Shown here: positions 24,286 through 37,024 of the stretch, piece by piece
Numbering within the stretch: the stretch's first letter is position 1
How the letters are laid out: the number at the start of each line of letters is the position of its first letter
Assembly: GCA_964016885.1 (NCBI GenBank)
Contig: OZ024742.1
Coordinates: 210,180,001 to 210,244,000 of the forward strand
DNA length: 64,000 bases
Source: Eledone cirrhosa
Lineage: Eukaryota
Reading direction: 5' to 3'
Translations under genes and position numbers: made by a program
Notes under the pieces: generated by a model
Told to the model about the DNA's origin: nothing
Seen by the model: only the letters and a program-made list of their open reading frames with translations
The model's database searches: none

Positions 24286-25400
24286 AAAGGTTACAGGATA
24301 AAAATAAAAATAAAAATAAAAGCAAGAATGAAAATAAAGATAAACATGAAGCGTTGGCAGTCTATGAAGATAAAGCAAGAGGAAAGCTTAGAGTAGTCAG
24401 TGCATGAAACAATCTCACGTGTAGCATGCACGCGTGTCTTATTTATACATGATTAGAGTGCGTCAGAATGATATTTGCAGGGTCAGGCAGTTGAAGCAGG
24501 CAATCGATCTTATTATGTGGGCTGAATTATTAAGTCATTTATTCTCATACATCTGTATGATATACAATCTCGGATGCAGGGAAACACCAAAATATCAGAA
24601 ACTTTCAACATACTATAAACCTTATTGTATCGTAGGCAAAGCCGTACCACTGTCTTCGCTCACACCACCACTCACATAATCCATGAGACGCAATATATAG
24701 AACACGTGTCTATCGTATAATTCGCGATGGTTCAGCATATAATCAAGTTATAAACCGTATCCAGTCGGTTCTTAATTAATAGATCATGCTGTCCAGATTC
24801 CGGAAGTGTCTGAATGACTAAGGGGAATTAATGCGTAAGGGGAGGTAACTAGCTAGTTATCTTAGTTAAATTACTATCCTAAACTACATTAATGGTGATT
24901 CAAATACGTGCCTATCATATGAAGTTATAACTAATTTCTAGAGTATGTTTCCCAATTATAGGTTAGAGAGTAGTCCATTAAGAAGTACAAGGGTGTATAT
25001 ATTAAGATGATTACCATACATTAAGGGGTTTCATATCTGAACATTCTATAAGAGGAGTCAGACTCTCAAGTCACTGTTCCATGCAAATGTAATATAACAG
25101 TAGGACCTGGTATGGTCCCACTATTATATATGTCCCCCGGTAGGCTATTATATATGCGTGATAGACTGCTTTGGTGGTGGGTCAGGGTTCATTTGGGAGC
25201 AAAACAATAACACACGGAAGCCGAAACCCAACGACATCAGAGAGGCAAATAAATACACAATACGATATATTTGTAATGGGTATTTCTGTATATATATATG
25301 TGAGTAGACATATATATGTTAGTGCGTATGTTTCCCTTTTGCAACACAAGTGTGAAACTAAAACCGTGTAATTTTATCCCTGTGTTTGATTCTTTATCTT

Positions 25401-25403
<3 letters not shown>

Positions 25404-25479
<76 letters not shown>

Positions 25480-25631
25480 ATTTAAAACTGCACTATTCAC
25501 AAGTGTTTTTTAACCTTCATATCATGTCTCCCTATTTTATCTGACGAAAACGCAAATGTCATCGCATGATGATATTTGTTTTTGAAATGCGCATAATAAA
25601 ATACATGGAACTCTTTTAACCATCTTTTGAT

Positions 25632-25690
<59 letters not shown>

Positions 25691-25749
25691 GTATGTATAC
25701 ATATATATGTATATATACATATATATGTATATATACATAAATGCATATA

Positions 25750-25786
<37 letters not shown>

Positions 25787-25816
25787 GCATATATATATAT
25801 GTACATACATAAATGC

Positions 25817-25847
<31 letters not shown>

Positions 25848-25970
25848 ATACATACATACATACATATATATATATACATAAATGCATACATACATACATA
25901 CATACATACATACATACATACATACATACATACATACATACATACATACATACATACATACATACATACA
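25404..25970. repeat. (TA)n and (TACA)n microsatellites
   Basis: Directly visible. They are the source of the spurious YI/MYVC ORFs. Confidence 0.95.
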
Positions 25971-26860
25971 TGATGGCTGCCCCCTCGTTATCGAGTATGG
26001 CCATTGCACGAAAAAAAAACATAATAACAACGACAACAACAACAATAATACATATATATATATATACACACACGCACACACACAAACATATCTATACACA
26101 CACACACACACACGATAGCAATTAACAGCGCTGCGATCGAATGTGGCTTTTTAGCCCAGCCAATGATCTAAAATGTCTTGCACAGAGTCGGCAACCAAAA
26201 CATTAACTGGGAATAGTCGGCTGTGTTTGGAGTTCATGTACTTTTGCATGTCGCTTGAGCCCTCCTGCTGATTTACATTCTCTACCACATGCTTGGCAAG
26301 CATGATGAGTAACATCTCCAACAGCAGCCTGGTAGTCAACCACTGGGCTTACTTTATGACTGCGAAGATTACTTTCGAGTCCAGCTTTGCTTAGACAGAG
26401 TCTCACACAGACGCTGCATGTCAGCACCATAGGAGGACCTTCGCCGTCTGGAAGTGCAACAGCAATGCCCTTCCTCACATCCCGCTTTACTTTCTCGTAT
26501 GCGATTCGAGATGCCTCAAAGGAAACTTTTCCCTCATATACAGTCTTTCTCCATTTATTACGATCAGCAGCAACATTTTCCCATGTATCAGCAGAGATGT
26601 TAGCGTCTTTCAAAGAGGCTTTCAAGGAATCCTTATACCTCTGTTTTGGTTTATGTGGCGGTTGTTTTCCTTTAACTAACTCTCCATAAAAGAGTTGTTT
26701 TGGTATTCTAGAATCCTGGCAAGTGACCACTCCAACGGAGTCGTTGCTTAAGCACCAGAGCTTCTATACTGTCACACATAGAGCTTTCCAAAATCTCGAC
26801 ATCACTGATGTGGTCCCTCCAGTGAACGCCATGGATCTGTCTGAGACACATCTTATGGGA
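25970..26860 (-). mobile_element. 5'-truncated RTE-clade LINE with C-terminal C2H2 zinc fingers
   Basis: CLRQIHGVHWRDHISDVEIL..RLRWSGH, RIPKQLFYGEL..RYKDSLK..DRNKWR, and the fingers CSVC..GLESNLRSH, CQAC..GLKRHAKVH and, after a TAA in the same frame, CRLC..GLKSHIRSQ. The 3' end GGGCAGCCATCAT runs into (GTAT)n. Confidence 0.85.
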
Positions 26861-27104
26861 CACGTAAATAAAGGGGACACGAGGGTAAACAAACAAAATG
26901 GTGAAGCAACAGAAAGTGAGGAAGAAGGAGACAAGTCCCAGATTTCTATGAATTTAAGTTTGGTGAAATCGTGAACGAGAGAATAAAGACCATCAAACCT
27001 GGTTGAAATGTGAGCAAGGAAGGAATTTCGCACAGGTCTAACGGGAGGAAGAAGGGGTCTGGTCTGCGAATTCGGTAAACATAAGTTCTGTGAAATCGTA
27101 GACG

Positions 27105-29431
27105 AGAGAAGTGTGTGCTTAACGATGATGGCATACTTGCCATCACCGACGCTGATAAGAAGGTAGCTTGGAAGTGTCACTAGGAAAGGCTTCTAAATGA
27201 GGAGAACAAATGGGAGAAAGACAGTCTCCCCCACATCGACCCAATAAAGGGACCAGCAGTGTTAGTCCAGGGTAGTACAATAAGCAAGGCAATCAAAGAT
27301 ATGAGGACGGGTAAGGCGGCTGGTCCTTCGGAAATAGTTGCTGAGAAGCTGAAGGCATCTGGTTCGGTGGGACACACCATGGTCACCCGGATAGTTAACC
27401 AAGTCGTACAGAATGGGGTTGTTCCGAAGGACTGGCGTAGCAGCATCATCGTTAACTGCTATAAGGGAAAAGGAGATGCCCTAGATAGGAGTAACTATAG
27501 AGGCATTAAATTAATCGACCAGGTCATGAAGGTCACGGAAAAAGTAATAGCGCAACTAATCAGAGAGAGAATTGATCTAGATGAAATGCAGTTCGGATTT
27601 GTGTCAGGCAAAAGTACCACAGACGCTCTTTTCATTGTACGACAACTACAGGAGAAGTACCTAGCTAAAAGTAAACCCCTATACTTAGCTTTCGTCGACT
27701 TGGAGAAAGCCTTCGACAGAGTCCCCCGTTCCATTATCTGGTGGTCTCTTAGAAAACTAGGTGTTGACGAATGGCTTGTGAGAGCTATACAAGCCATGTA
27801 TAAAGAAACAGTCAGTAAGGTTAGAATTAACAACGAATATAGTGAAGAGTTTAGCGTAAAAGTTGGTGTCCATCACGGCTCTGTTCTTAGCCCCCTACTA
27901 TTTATTATTGCCCTTCAGGCTATAACAGAGGAGTTCAAGACCGGCTGCCCATGGGAACTCCTATACGCAGATGATCTAACGCTCATAGCTGAATCAATGA
28001 CCGAACTAGAGAAGAAATTCCAAACATGGAAGCACGGCCTAGAATCAAAAGGCCTTAAAATTAACCTGGCTAAGACTAAAGTTCTAGTTTGTAGGAAAGA
28101 AAATATGGCGGCAGTCCCATCTGGGAAATGGCCATGCTCAGTGTGTAGGAAAGGCGTAGGTAGAAACTCCATTTTATGTCCCAAATGCAAAGTATGGGTG
28201 CATAAAAGATGTAGTGGGATCACAGGTAAGCTAACTAAGAACATAGATTTTACATGTGGCCGGTGCTCTGGTGCAATAAGTAGCAGCAAGTGCCCACAAA
28301 ATACTAGCTCCTTCAACTGCGCAGAGGGTTCTATAGAAATAGTGGACAGCTTCCGTTACCTGGGTGACAAAATCAGCAGTGGGGGAGGGTGCTCTGAAAG
28401 TACAGTAGCTAGAGTCAGAACTGGATGGAAAAAGTTCAGAGAGCTTATACCACTATTAGCCGCTAGAGGGTTCTCCCTAAAAATGAAAGGCAGGTTATAC
28501 GATGCCTGCATACGAACAGCAATGCTGCATGGCAGTGAGACCTGGGCATTGTGTGCAGAGGATATACGCAGACTAGAGAGGAACGAAGCTTGCATGCTCC
28601 GCTGGGTGTGCAATAGTAATATACGTGAATGGCAAAGCATAAACGAACTAAGGAAAAAATTAGAAATAAGAGGGATCAGATGTTGTTTACTCGAGAGAAG
28701 GCTACGTTGGTACGGTCACGTGATGCGCATGAAAGACGACAGCTGTATAACAAAGTGCAGGGCAATAAAGATAGACGGTAGCCACGGAGTAGGCAGACCC
28801 AGAAAAACATGGGACGAGCTGATAAATTCCGACCTCACACGCTTACACCTCTCCAAGACAATGTCACTGGACCGAGACCTTTGGCGGTACTCAGTAATAG
28901 AGAAGACCCGCCTTACCTAAATACAAAGTAAAAACCTACTACAGTCAGTAGGCATCTCTATCAAAACACCCCCCCCCCCCCCGTCCCACCACCTCCACCC
29001 CATCCACACCGCCCCTTTCAATGTACAGTTATGTTGGTCCCACAACATCCAGGCCGAAACAAATGAGATCGTGTAGGTGTCACGACAAAAAACACACAGT
29101 CCACGCTGTAAATGTGGCCGTGTAGGCAACACGGTAAAAACCTCCCAGCCCCACACTGTAAATGTGGTTGGTGTTAGGAAGGGCATCCAGCTGTAGAAAA
29201 CCCGCCAGACAGTCCACGCTGTAATGTGGCCATGTAGGCAACACGGTAAAAACCTCCCAGCCCCACACTGTAAATGTGGTTGGTGTTAGGAAGGGCATCC
29301 AACTGTAGAAAACCCGCCAGACAGTCCTATGCGAGCAAGACAACCACTCTTGCCTCAAGTGGGAAAACCCCCGTCCAAACCCATGCAAGCGTGGAACACG
29401 GACGCTAAACCTGATGATGATGATGATGATG
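27105..29431 (+). mobile_element. 5'-truncated RTE-clade LINE with (GAT)n tail
   Basis: Homology starts near KCVLNDDG..AWKCH*ERLLNEE, continues through the RT ORF and ends in a 3' UTR finishing GGACGCTAAACC(TGA)n. Confidence 0.9.
27259..28920 (+). CDS. RTE-type reverse transcriptase (553 aa, no endonuclease) with an embedded PHD-like Cys/His domain
   Basis: NYRGIKL, QFGF, FVDLEKAFDRV, GVHHGSVLSPLLF, LLYADD, then WPCSVCRKGVGRNSILCPKCKVWVHKRCSG...FTCGRC, FRYLG, RRLRWYGHVMR and GRPRKTW. Confidence 0.9.
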   Translation: MLVQGSTISKAIKDMRTGKAAGPSEIVAEKLKASGSVGHTMVTRIVNQVVQNGVVPKDWRSSIIVNCYKGKGDALDRSNYRGIKLIDQVMKVTEKVIAQLIRERIDLDEMQFGFVSGKSTTDALFIVRQLQEKYLAKSKPLYLAFVDLEKAFDRVPRSIIWWSLRKLGVDEWLVRAIQAMYKETVSKVRINNEYSEEFSVKVGVHHGSVLSPLLFIIALQAITEEFKTGCPWELLYADDLTLIAESMTELEKKFQTWKHGLESKGLKINLAKTKVLVCRKENMAAVPSGKWPCSVCRKGVGRNSILCPKCKVWVHKRCSGITGKLTKNIDFTCGRCSGAISSSKCPQNTSSFNCAEGSIEIVDSFRYLGDKISSGGGCSESTVARVRTGWKKFRELIPLLAARGFSLKMKGRLYDACIRTAMLHGSETWALCAEDIRRLERNEACMLRWVCNSNIREWQSINELRKKLEIRGIRCCLLERRLRWYGHVMRMKDDSCITKCRAIKIDGSHGVGRPRKTWDELINSDLTRLHLSKTMSLDRDLWRYSVIEKTRLT

Positions 29432-29450
29432 AATATACATATATATAATA

Positions 29451-29785
29451 TCATCATCATCATCATCAACGTTTAACGTCCGTGTTCCACGCTTGCATGG
29501 GTTTGGACGGGGGTAGTCCCACTTGAGGCAAGAGTGATTGTCTTGCTCGCATAGGACTGTCTGGCAGGTTTTCTACAGTTGGATGCCCTTCCTAACACCA
29601 ACCACATTTACAGTGTGGGTCTGGGAGGTTTATACCGTGTTGCCTACACGGCCACATTACAGCGTGGACTGTGTGTTTTTTTGTCGTGACACCTACACGA
29701 TCTCATTTGTTTCGGCCTGGATGGCGCGGCACCAACATAACTTTACATAGAATGGGGTGGTGTGGATGGGGTGGGGGTGGTGGGA
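29451..29785 (-). mobile_element. second, inverted copy of the same RTE 3' UTR (tail-to-tail)
   Basis: (TCA)n followed by the reverse complement of about 28985-29410, lacking the internal duplication. Confidence 0.9.
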
Positions 29786-29894
29786 TACATATATAATATA
29801 TATATATATATATAATATATATAATATACATATATAATATATATATATAATATATATATATATAATATACATATATAATATATATATATAATAT

Positions 29895-29926
<32 letters not shown>

Positions 29927-30275
29927 ATATACATATATAATATATATATATATATATAATATACATATATAATATATATATAATATACATATATAATATA
30001 TAATATATATATATATATATATAATATACATATATAAAATATAATATACATATATAATATATAATATATATATATATAATATACATATATAATATATATA
30101 ATATATATATATATATAATATACATATATAATATATATAATATATATATATATATAATATATATATATATATAATATACATATATAATATATATAATATA
30201 TATATATATATAATATATATATATAATATATATAATATATATATATATATAATATATATATATAATATATATAAA
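29786..30275. repeat. complex AT microsatellite (TATAATATA / TACATATATAA variants)
   Basis: Directly visible. Confidence 0.95.
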
Positions 30276-30526
30276 ATATTAAAAAAATAATGAATAAAAC
30301 AATGAAACAGTTCCTTATATTAAACAAAAAAAGTTCATTATTTAACGATCGTTTCTAGGATATATATGTGTTAGAATTGGCATGCATATTCAACAGATCT
30401 ATGTACAAAATTATACAAAATTATACAAACTATCAAAATTAAATATACATACCAACACATATATATGCCGTCTTCAGAAATAATTATAATATATATATAT
30501 ATATATATATAATATATATAATATAT

Positions 30527-30569
<43 letters not shown>

Positions 30570-30615
30570 CCAAGAAGGTAATGATTGAATGGGGTCCTTG
30601 CATTTAACAAGCGAT

Positions 30616-30815
30616 NNNNNNNNNNNNNNNNNNNNNNNNNNNNNNNNNNNNNNNNNNNNNNNNNNNNNNNNNNNNNNNNNNNNNNNNNNNNNNNNNNNNN
30701 NNNNNNNNNNNNNNNNNNNNNNNNNNNNNNNNNNNNNNNNNNNNNNNNNNNNNNNNNNNNNNNNNNNNNNNNNNNNNNNNNNNNNNNNNNNNNNNNNNNN
30801 NNNNNNNNNNNNNNN
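30616..30815. other. assembly gap (200 N)
   Basis: Run of N. Confidence 1.
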
Positions 30816-30939
30816 TACATACGGGTTGCAGGTGTTATATCAGAGTTTTCCTTCTCCTAGAATTCTGCCTTGACAAAGGCTGAGGGGTCATCTCTCCCGG
30901 TGATTTTGGATGGCCATTGACTCTTAAGATATATATTTG

Positions 30940-30985
<46 letters not shown>

Positions 30986-31329
30986 CTACAAATATATAAA
31001 AACTACAGTATCCACGGGAGGGTTAATGGGAAGAAGAAAAAAATGAAAATAAATCGTAAATGAAGACAACAAATAGAGAACAAACAATATATATCGATGA
31101 CGTTATGTGATGTAATGAGAAAATCGGATTTTTAAGCGAAAGCTGTAAAAAGGCAAGCAATAGCAGTCAAAACGTACCTACCTTCTTTCATTCTCTAATC
31201 GGATAAATGCGAAGCCGTAAACCATATATGAAGACGTGGTGAGGACAGGGTAGTTTTTAGTCTTATTCCCGGCTTTGGTTTCGTTGCAGCATGACGGTAT
31301 TTCAGTCAGTTGAACAACCGTTAAGAATA

Positions 31330-31560
31330 AAACAACATCAACATCATCATCATCATCATTATTGTTATTATTATTATTCAATGTTGTCAGCGGGGAAAGA
31401 GGGTTTTAAGTGACTGTCACAGCTCCGCTTGACAACACTTGTAGCTACGGCAGTAGTAGCAGTAAACTGCAACAACAGCAAACTGCAACATGAGCAGCAA
31501 CATCTGTTGGAGCGGCAACAGTAACACGATAGTAATAATAACAGCTACAGTAGTAGTAGT

Positions 31561-31613
<53 letters not shown>

Positions 31614-31714
31614 CTGTAGTAGCACCAGTATCGACAACAGCAGCAGCATAAGTAACACCAGCAGAGATAAATAGGAATTACAGCAGCAAATCTATCTGTA
31701 GCACAGCAACAGCG

Positions 31715-31754
<40 letters not shown>

Positions 31755-31815
31755 CAGCCGTGCTGGTGGTAGTGGTGGTGGTGGTTGTTTCGGCAACAGT
31801 AACAATAACAACCAA
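31330..31815. repeat. compound trinucleotide microsatellites (CAT, TAT, CAG, TAG, TGG)
   Basis: Directly visible. Confidence 0.9.
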
Positions 31816-32838
31816 GAAAACCACTACGTAACTGACTTGAAATAGCAGCCAAATTCCTCTCAAACCATCACACTTCTTTCTCCTTAAAAAAAAAAGGATA
31901 CGCTACTGTAATGTTGCTGTGGGTGCGAAAAAAATGAGATGGACAAGGATGGAATGTCTTTGACCATGGGTTGGCTCATTCAGAACTGACCGATGATGAG
32001 GTAGGTCTATCATAATAATAATAACAGTAGACGAAGTGAAGCAGATAGCAAAGGAAGTTGATTCAACCAGCTGAGTAACCGACGACGAGTTCATTATTTT
32101 GTCTCTTATTGACATATAAACGGTCTGTTACTATTTGTAATTACGCAGAAATGGAATGGCTCACCTTTATCAGAAGTGACAGCAGTATAATAGCTGTTGA
32201 ATGTTTCGGGTCCTTTTATGGTTTTCAGGCCATTATATAATGATTTCTAACATAGGCAGACGGTCAGAATCAACCCAGTACTCAACTGGTACATTATTTT
32301 GTGGATTGGTAGTATCGGTAGAGGGTCGGACGCCATGCTTTCTAGCATAGTTACGTCCCTTTACGATCTGAGTTCAAATCCCGCCGAGGTTGACTTTGCC
32401 TTTCATCCTTACGGGGTCGATAAAATAAAGTACCAGTGAGGCACTGGGTAGTTGCTGGCCTTGTGCCTAAAGTAGAAACAATTATTTTATTGACCTCGAA
32501 AGTATGAATGGCAAATTTAACCTCGGCGGGACTTAAACTAAGAATGTAAAGAGCGAGAAGAAATATTGCTAAACAACATTTTGGGGGGAGGGGGAAGTCG
32601 GTTTAAATCAATCCTCTGTCTCGACACAGCTGTCTACTAAGGGGCTACACACAACTGTTTACTAGGGGTTCGATACGGCATTCCAGTAGGGACTCAACAC
32701 AGATGCCGCATGGTTTGAGAAATTTAAGTGTAAACTCTTCACCCCAGTCTAGGCTACCATATCACGGCTACGCCCTGCGAACAATATGGAACACTCTGAT
32801 GGCAAAATCGTTTTTATATATTGCATGATATATCTAAA

Positions 32839-32935
<97 letters not shown>

Positions 32936-32999
32936 CGTGTGTGTGTTCGGCAGAGATATTCTACTAGAAAACGAGTCGCAGGTGGCGGGTAGCGATACG

Positions 33000-35940
33000 G
33001 CCACTAGATATGATGGTTAGTTGCCATATAAGCGGACAACTGCTGGGCGAATAAGCAACCTCGGACCAACAACGATAAACTACTAGGGAAGATGGAGCAA
33101 TGAGCGACACCTTCAGCTTCCAAGAAAACTCTCGCAACCCAGTCATGTAGCTATGATGAGGCGAGTAAAGGCCGCCTCTAAAAAAGCCTCGTCTTCGTGG
33201 GTTTGAGAAAGAACCAAATTGGTGACAGGCGCGAATAAGACGACCAAAACTGCAATATGGTGAGAAGTAAGAAAAAGAACCATACCGCATCGTTCTTCAT
33301 GCGGGTTAACAAGGGACGCATTCAGGCCTACTGTAGAGGGGGTCTATTCGAAAAATATATTGCAGTCTTCATTTCATGTTGTAAAAACTGGCGATGAGCC
33401 TGCAACCTGTCCTGGTAGGCGTGGGATGGACGCACAAAGATTACGTATCCCGAAAGCCCAAAGAGCAAACTTTGACAATTGGAACCTGGGACATCACAAG
33501 CCTTACAGATGAGGAGCAGGAACTAGTGGCGGCGGTTAGATGTTACCTGCTAGATATAGTCGGGGTTTCCTCAACAAAGTTCCGTGGCTCTGGTACAATA
33601 GATTTGGGTGGAGGATGGAAATTCCACTATTCAAGTGTGAAAGAAAAAATGACTGCACATGTAGGAGTGCGGATACTCATAAGCCCCCGGCTGTCAGAAT
33701 GTGTTATAGACTGGATGCACATGTTGGAACTGAGCACCTAACATGGAAAGGAGTGATTGGAAGGAACGGCGATCCTGATCTAAATACAAACGGAGAGGCC
33801 TTATTAGACCTCTGATCTAGCAATGGACTCTCTATTATGAACACCTTCTTCCAGCACAGAGACATCCATAAATATACATGGTATAAGATGAATCAAGGGC
33901 AGAGATCAATAATTGATTTTGTTATTGTCTCTGATCTCTTCGATTCTGTTTCTGTGCTGAATGATCGTGTTAAGAGAGGGGCTGAGCTGTCAACTGATCA
34001 CCAACTAGTTATCTGCAACTTGAGACTACCTAAAGCCAAAGAAGCCCACAAAACTGACTGGTCCATGTCGGCCTACAGGATAAAGTGGGAAGAGTTGGTG
34101 GATAAGCAAGTCAGGACCAGGTATGCAGATACTATGGCATCCAAATTCAGAGAATTCCCTGGGCAAAGTGATGACATTGAAATGGAGTAGAAATTGTTCA
34201 GCTCAGCGGTTTCTGCTTCAGTTGTTAAATACTGCGAGTGAAAGAGGCTTGGTGTAGCGTAGGGTTGCAGGAGGACCCCTTAGTTCAATAAGGCACAGCA
34301 GAGACAGTAAAGGCTACCAACATTAAGACATGGAAGGAGTTCGGGGTTAAGCTAGAATCCGACTTCAGATCAGTAAACAAAGTGTTCTGGCAGACCATCC
34401 GAATACTTCGTAATAAGAAATCCTCCTCCACATCTGCTATCAGTGCTGGAGTTCTCCTCTCTTCATAGAGGTGCATCATCGTGAGGTGGAGAGAAAACTT
34501 TGCTGGTCTCCTAAACCCGATCACAACAACAACTGTTGATGTACACGAGGTGCATCTGGGAACGATAACTAATCTCTCGGATGCTGAGGTCACAAGAGCA
34601 ATGAAAGAGTTCAAATGTCGCAAGGCCGCTGGAGAGGATGAAATTTTGCTCGACATGTTAAAAGCCTTAAATAGAGAAGGTATTCGCTGACTGGCTCGTG
34701 TGTGCCGGGTGGAATGGATCTCTAGAAAAGCACCTAAGCAATGGGAGTCGGAAGTGATAATCCCAATTTTCATAAACGGATATAAGAGAGATTGCTCCGA
34801 TGAAAGGGGGATTTCCTTAAGTCTCCTCAGTAAAGTATATGCTAAGTGTCTGGCAAAGAGATGTAGCGAGATTGTCGATTCCAAGCTAGCTATTGAACAG
34901 TGCCGTGTTCGCCTCGGGTGCAGCACAGACAACCAAATATTCACACTGCGGCAGATCTTTGAGAAATCGTCTGAGTACTGCCAAGAGGTGTATTCTTGCT
35001 TTGTAGACTTCGAAAACGGCATATGACCGCATTCCTCGGGACATGCTGTAGAAGGTTCTGCAGGAGTATGGAATCGATTGTCAGTTTCTTCTTGCTATAA
35101 TGTCTCTTTCGGATAAATGATGCTAAATCGAAACCATTTATTGTGGGAGTCGCACTCCGCCAAGGATGCGTACTGTCGCCTCTCCTATTCCTTATTTTCA
35201 TAAACATGATTGACATCTGCAGCCTGGTTGGAAGTGGTATCATGTTTGGCAGCTGTAGGATCAGTCGATTGGAATTTGCAGAAGGGGATCTCTGGCACGC
35301 ACTTGATAGGTTTGATGCCGAGTGCTGCATGGATAGATTGAAAATCAGAGCTGCGAACACTGAGACACTCGTCCTCTCAAAGAAGCCTGCGCAGTGCACT
35401 CTACATGTGAATGGAGTTCCACTGAAGCAGGTGATGTTCAAGTATCTCATGGCCGTGATCATGAGTGATGGAAGGCAGGAGGCTAAATTAAGTGCAAGAA
35501 TTGCTGGAGTCGGTGAGGTAATGTGCCAGCTTCGGCATTAGGTAATCAGAAGAAACGACGTCGGTGTAAAAGCCAAACTCGCTATCTTCAATGCGGTATT
35601 CGTGCCAACACTTACCTATGGTCATTAATCTTGAGTAATAACCGAAAGAATACGATCGCGAATGCAAGCGGCTGAAATGGGATTCCTCCAAAAGGTCTTT
35701 GGAGTAACGTTACTTACTCGGAGCTCAGAATCAGAGACTCACTCCTGGTATTCCGAATTGGGTGATCACAGTTCCGATATTACGTACATGTTAGAATGTC
35801 TCAGGAAAGAATCGCTGGACAGATTTCATGGGCAAAAACTAACACTATGTATCCGAGGCGAGTATTTCCAAACGTCGCACTCAAGGAGATACCTAAATGA
35901 GACTGGCGGAAACCTCGCTCACCTACTATCAATAACACCG
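33000..35940 (+). mobile_element. decayed near full-length RTE-clade (Rex3/Expander-like) LINE
   Basis: APE LTIGTWDITSL..LDIVGVSSTK, MNTFFQH..YTW..SIIDFVIVS..STDHQLV, RT KAAGEDEI, DQIFTLRQIFEK-like, CFVDFE, LRQGCVLSPLLF, then MQAAEMGFL. The catalytic DD appears deleted (LEFA|EGDL). Confidence 0.85.
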
Positions 35941-37024
35941 CCGTAACTACGACTCAGCACGTTATTACGACTCAGCACTCACAGTCTATGTAGCTCCGGC
36001 TACAACTGACCCCGCCGAAGAATAAAAAGCTTGAGCTGAGCCTCTTGACCTTGCTGATACCGTGGTCATTAGTGATGATGATGATGATGATGATGCTGTC
36101 TTCAAGCGGGGGGCGGAAAACCCTATCATATTTATTGACAAATATAGACGGGAGTGCTTTAACTGTCACTAACGTTGATTTGGCAGATATTGGATTGTTG
36201 TTGCTAGTACTGTTGTTGTTGTTGTTGTTGCTGCTGCTGAATCTGTCGCTGTTTTTGTTGTTGTCGACATTGATATCGACGCACCCGCAAAGCCTACTAT
36301 CACATTCACACAAACAACCCCCTCATACGGCTACGGGACACATAACTGGCATTAAAGCGCCTGCGGATGTAAATGTTGTTGCTGATTTTGGTGTGGTGGT
36401 TGTTGTTGTCTTTTTTACTGCTACCCGTAGAAGTGGTCGTCACCTTGTTTTATTCGCTACATTTTTCAGTGACGATAGGTAAACTGGATGACTCACTCTC
36501 TCTTATATACATATATATTCACCAGTTCCAAAACACAAAAGAACCAAACCCCCACTGTCACTGCCTCCGTCTCTCACGCTCTCCCCATTTCTTACTATTG
36601 TGAACAAATGGGGGCCCACGCGCTGGTCGCTCCACGGCCCCGACGGACAGAATAGAGAAAGCATTTCCCCGGAGGGTGGTGAGGGAAGATCCATTCCAGC
36701 TCGCGATTCCAGAATTTTTATTACATTTTATTTTTATCTTTATTTTTATTTTCTTATTTTCCACGGGGTCCCTTTATCTCTCGGCTTCGTTCATATTCAT
36801 TTATTCATATTCTTCTATTTTTTATTTTTCATCTTTATTTTTGTATTCTCTCTGTTGTCTTTAAATGTAAATTATCGTTATTTGTTTACCTATCATTATT
36901 TGTTTCAGGTAAAATAAAGTACCAGTAATACACTGGGTAATTGCTGGCCTTGTGCCTAACGTAGAAACAATTATTTGTTTCAGGTCTGAGTTCAAATCCC
37001 GCCGAGGTTCACTATTCATCTACA

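Noticed and set aside
25237-26125. YI, MYVC and HT repeat ORFs (also 29693-30327, 31445-31863, 32786-32992, 54136-54429)
   Set aside because: They are translations of microsatellites.
26870-27105. Two related segments about 127 bp apart, faintly resembling a PLE RT motif on the minus strand (SLVHDFTKLKF)
   Set aside because: The similarity is too weak and there are no catalytic motifs, so it is left unassigned.
30371-30873. ORFs spanning the gap
   Set aside because: They are artefacts of the N run.
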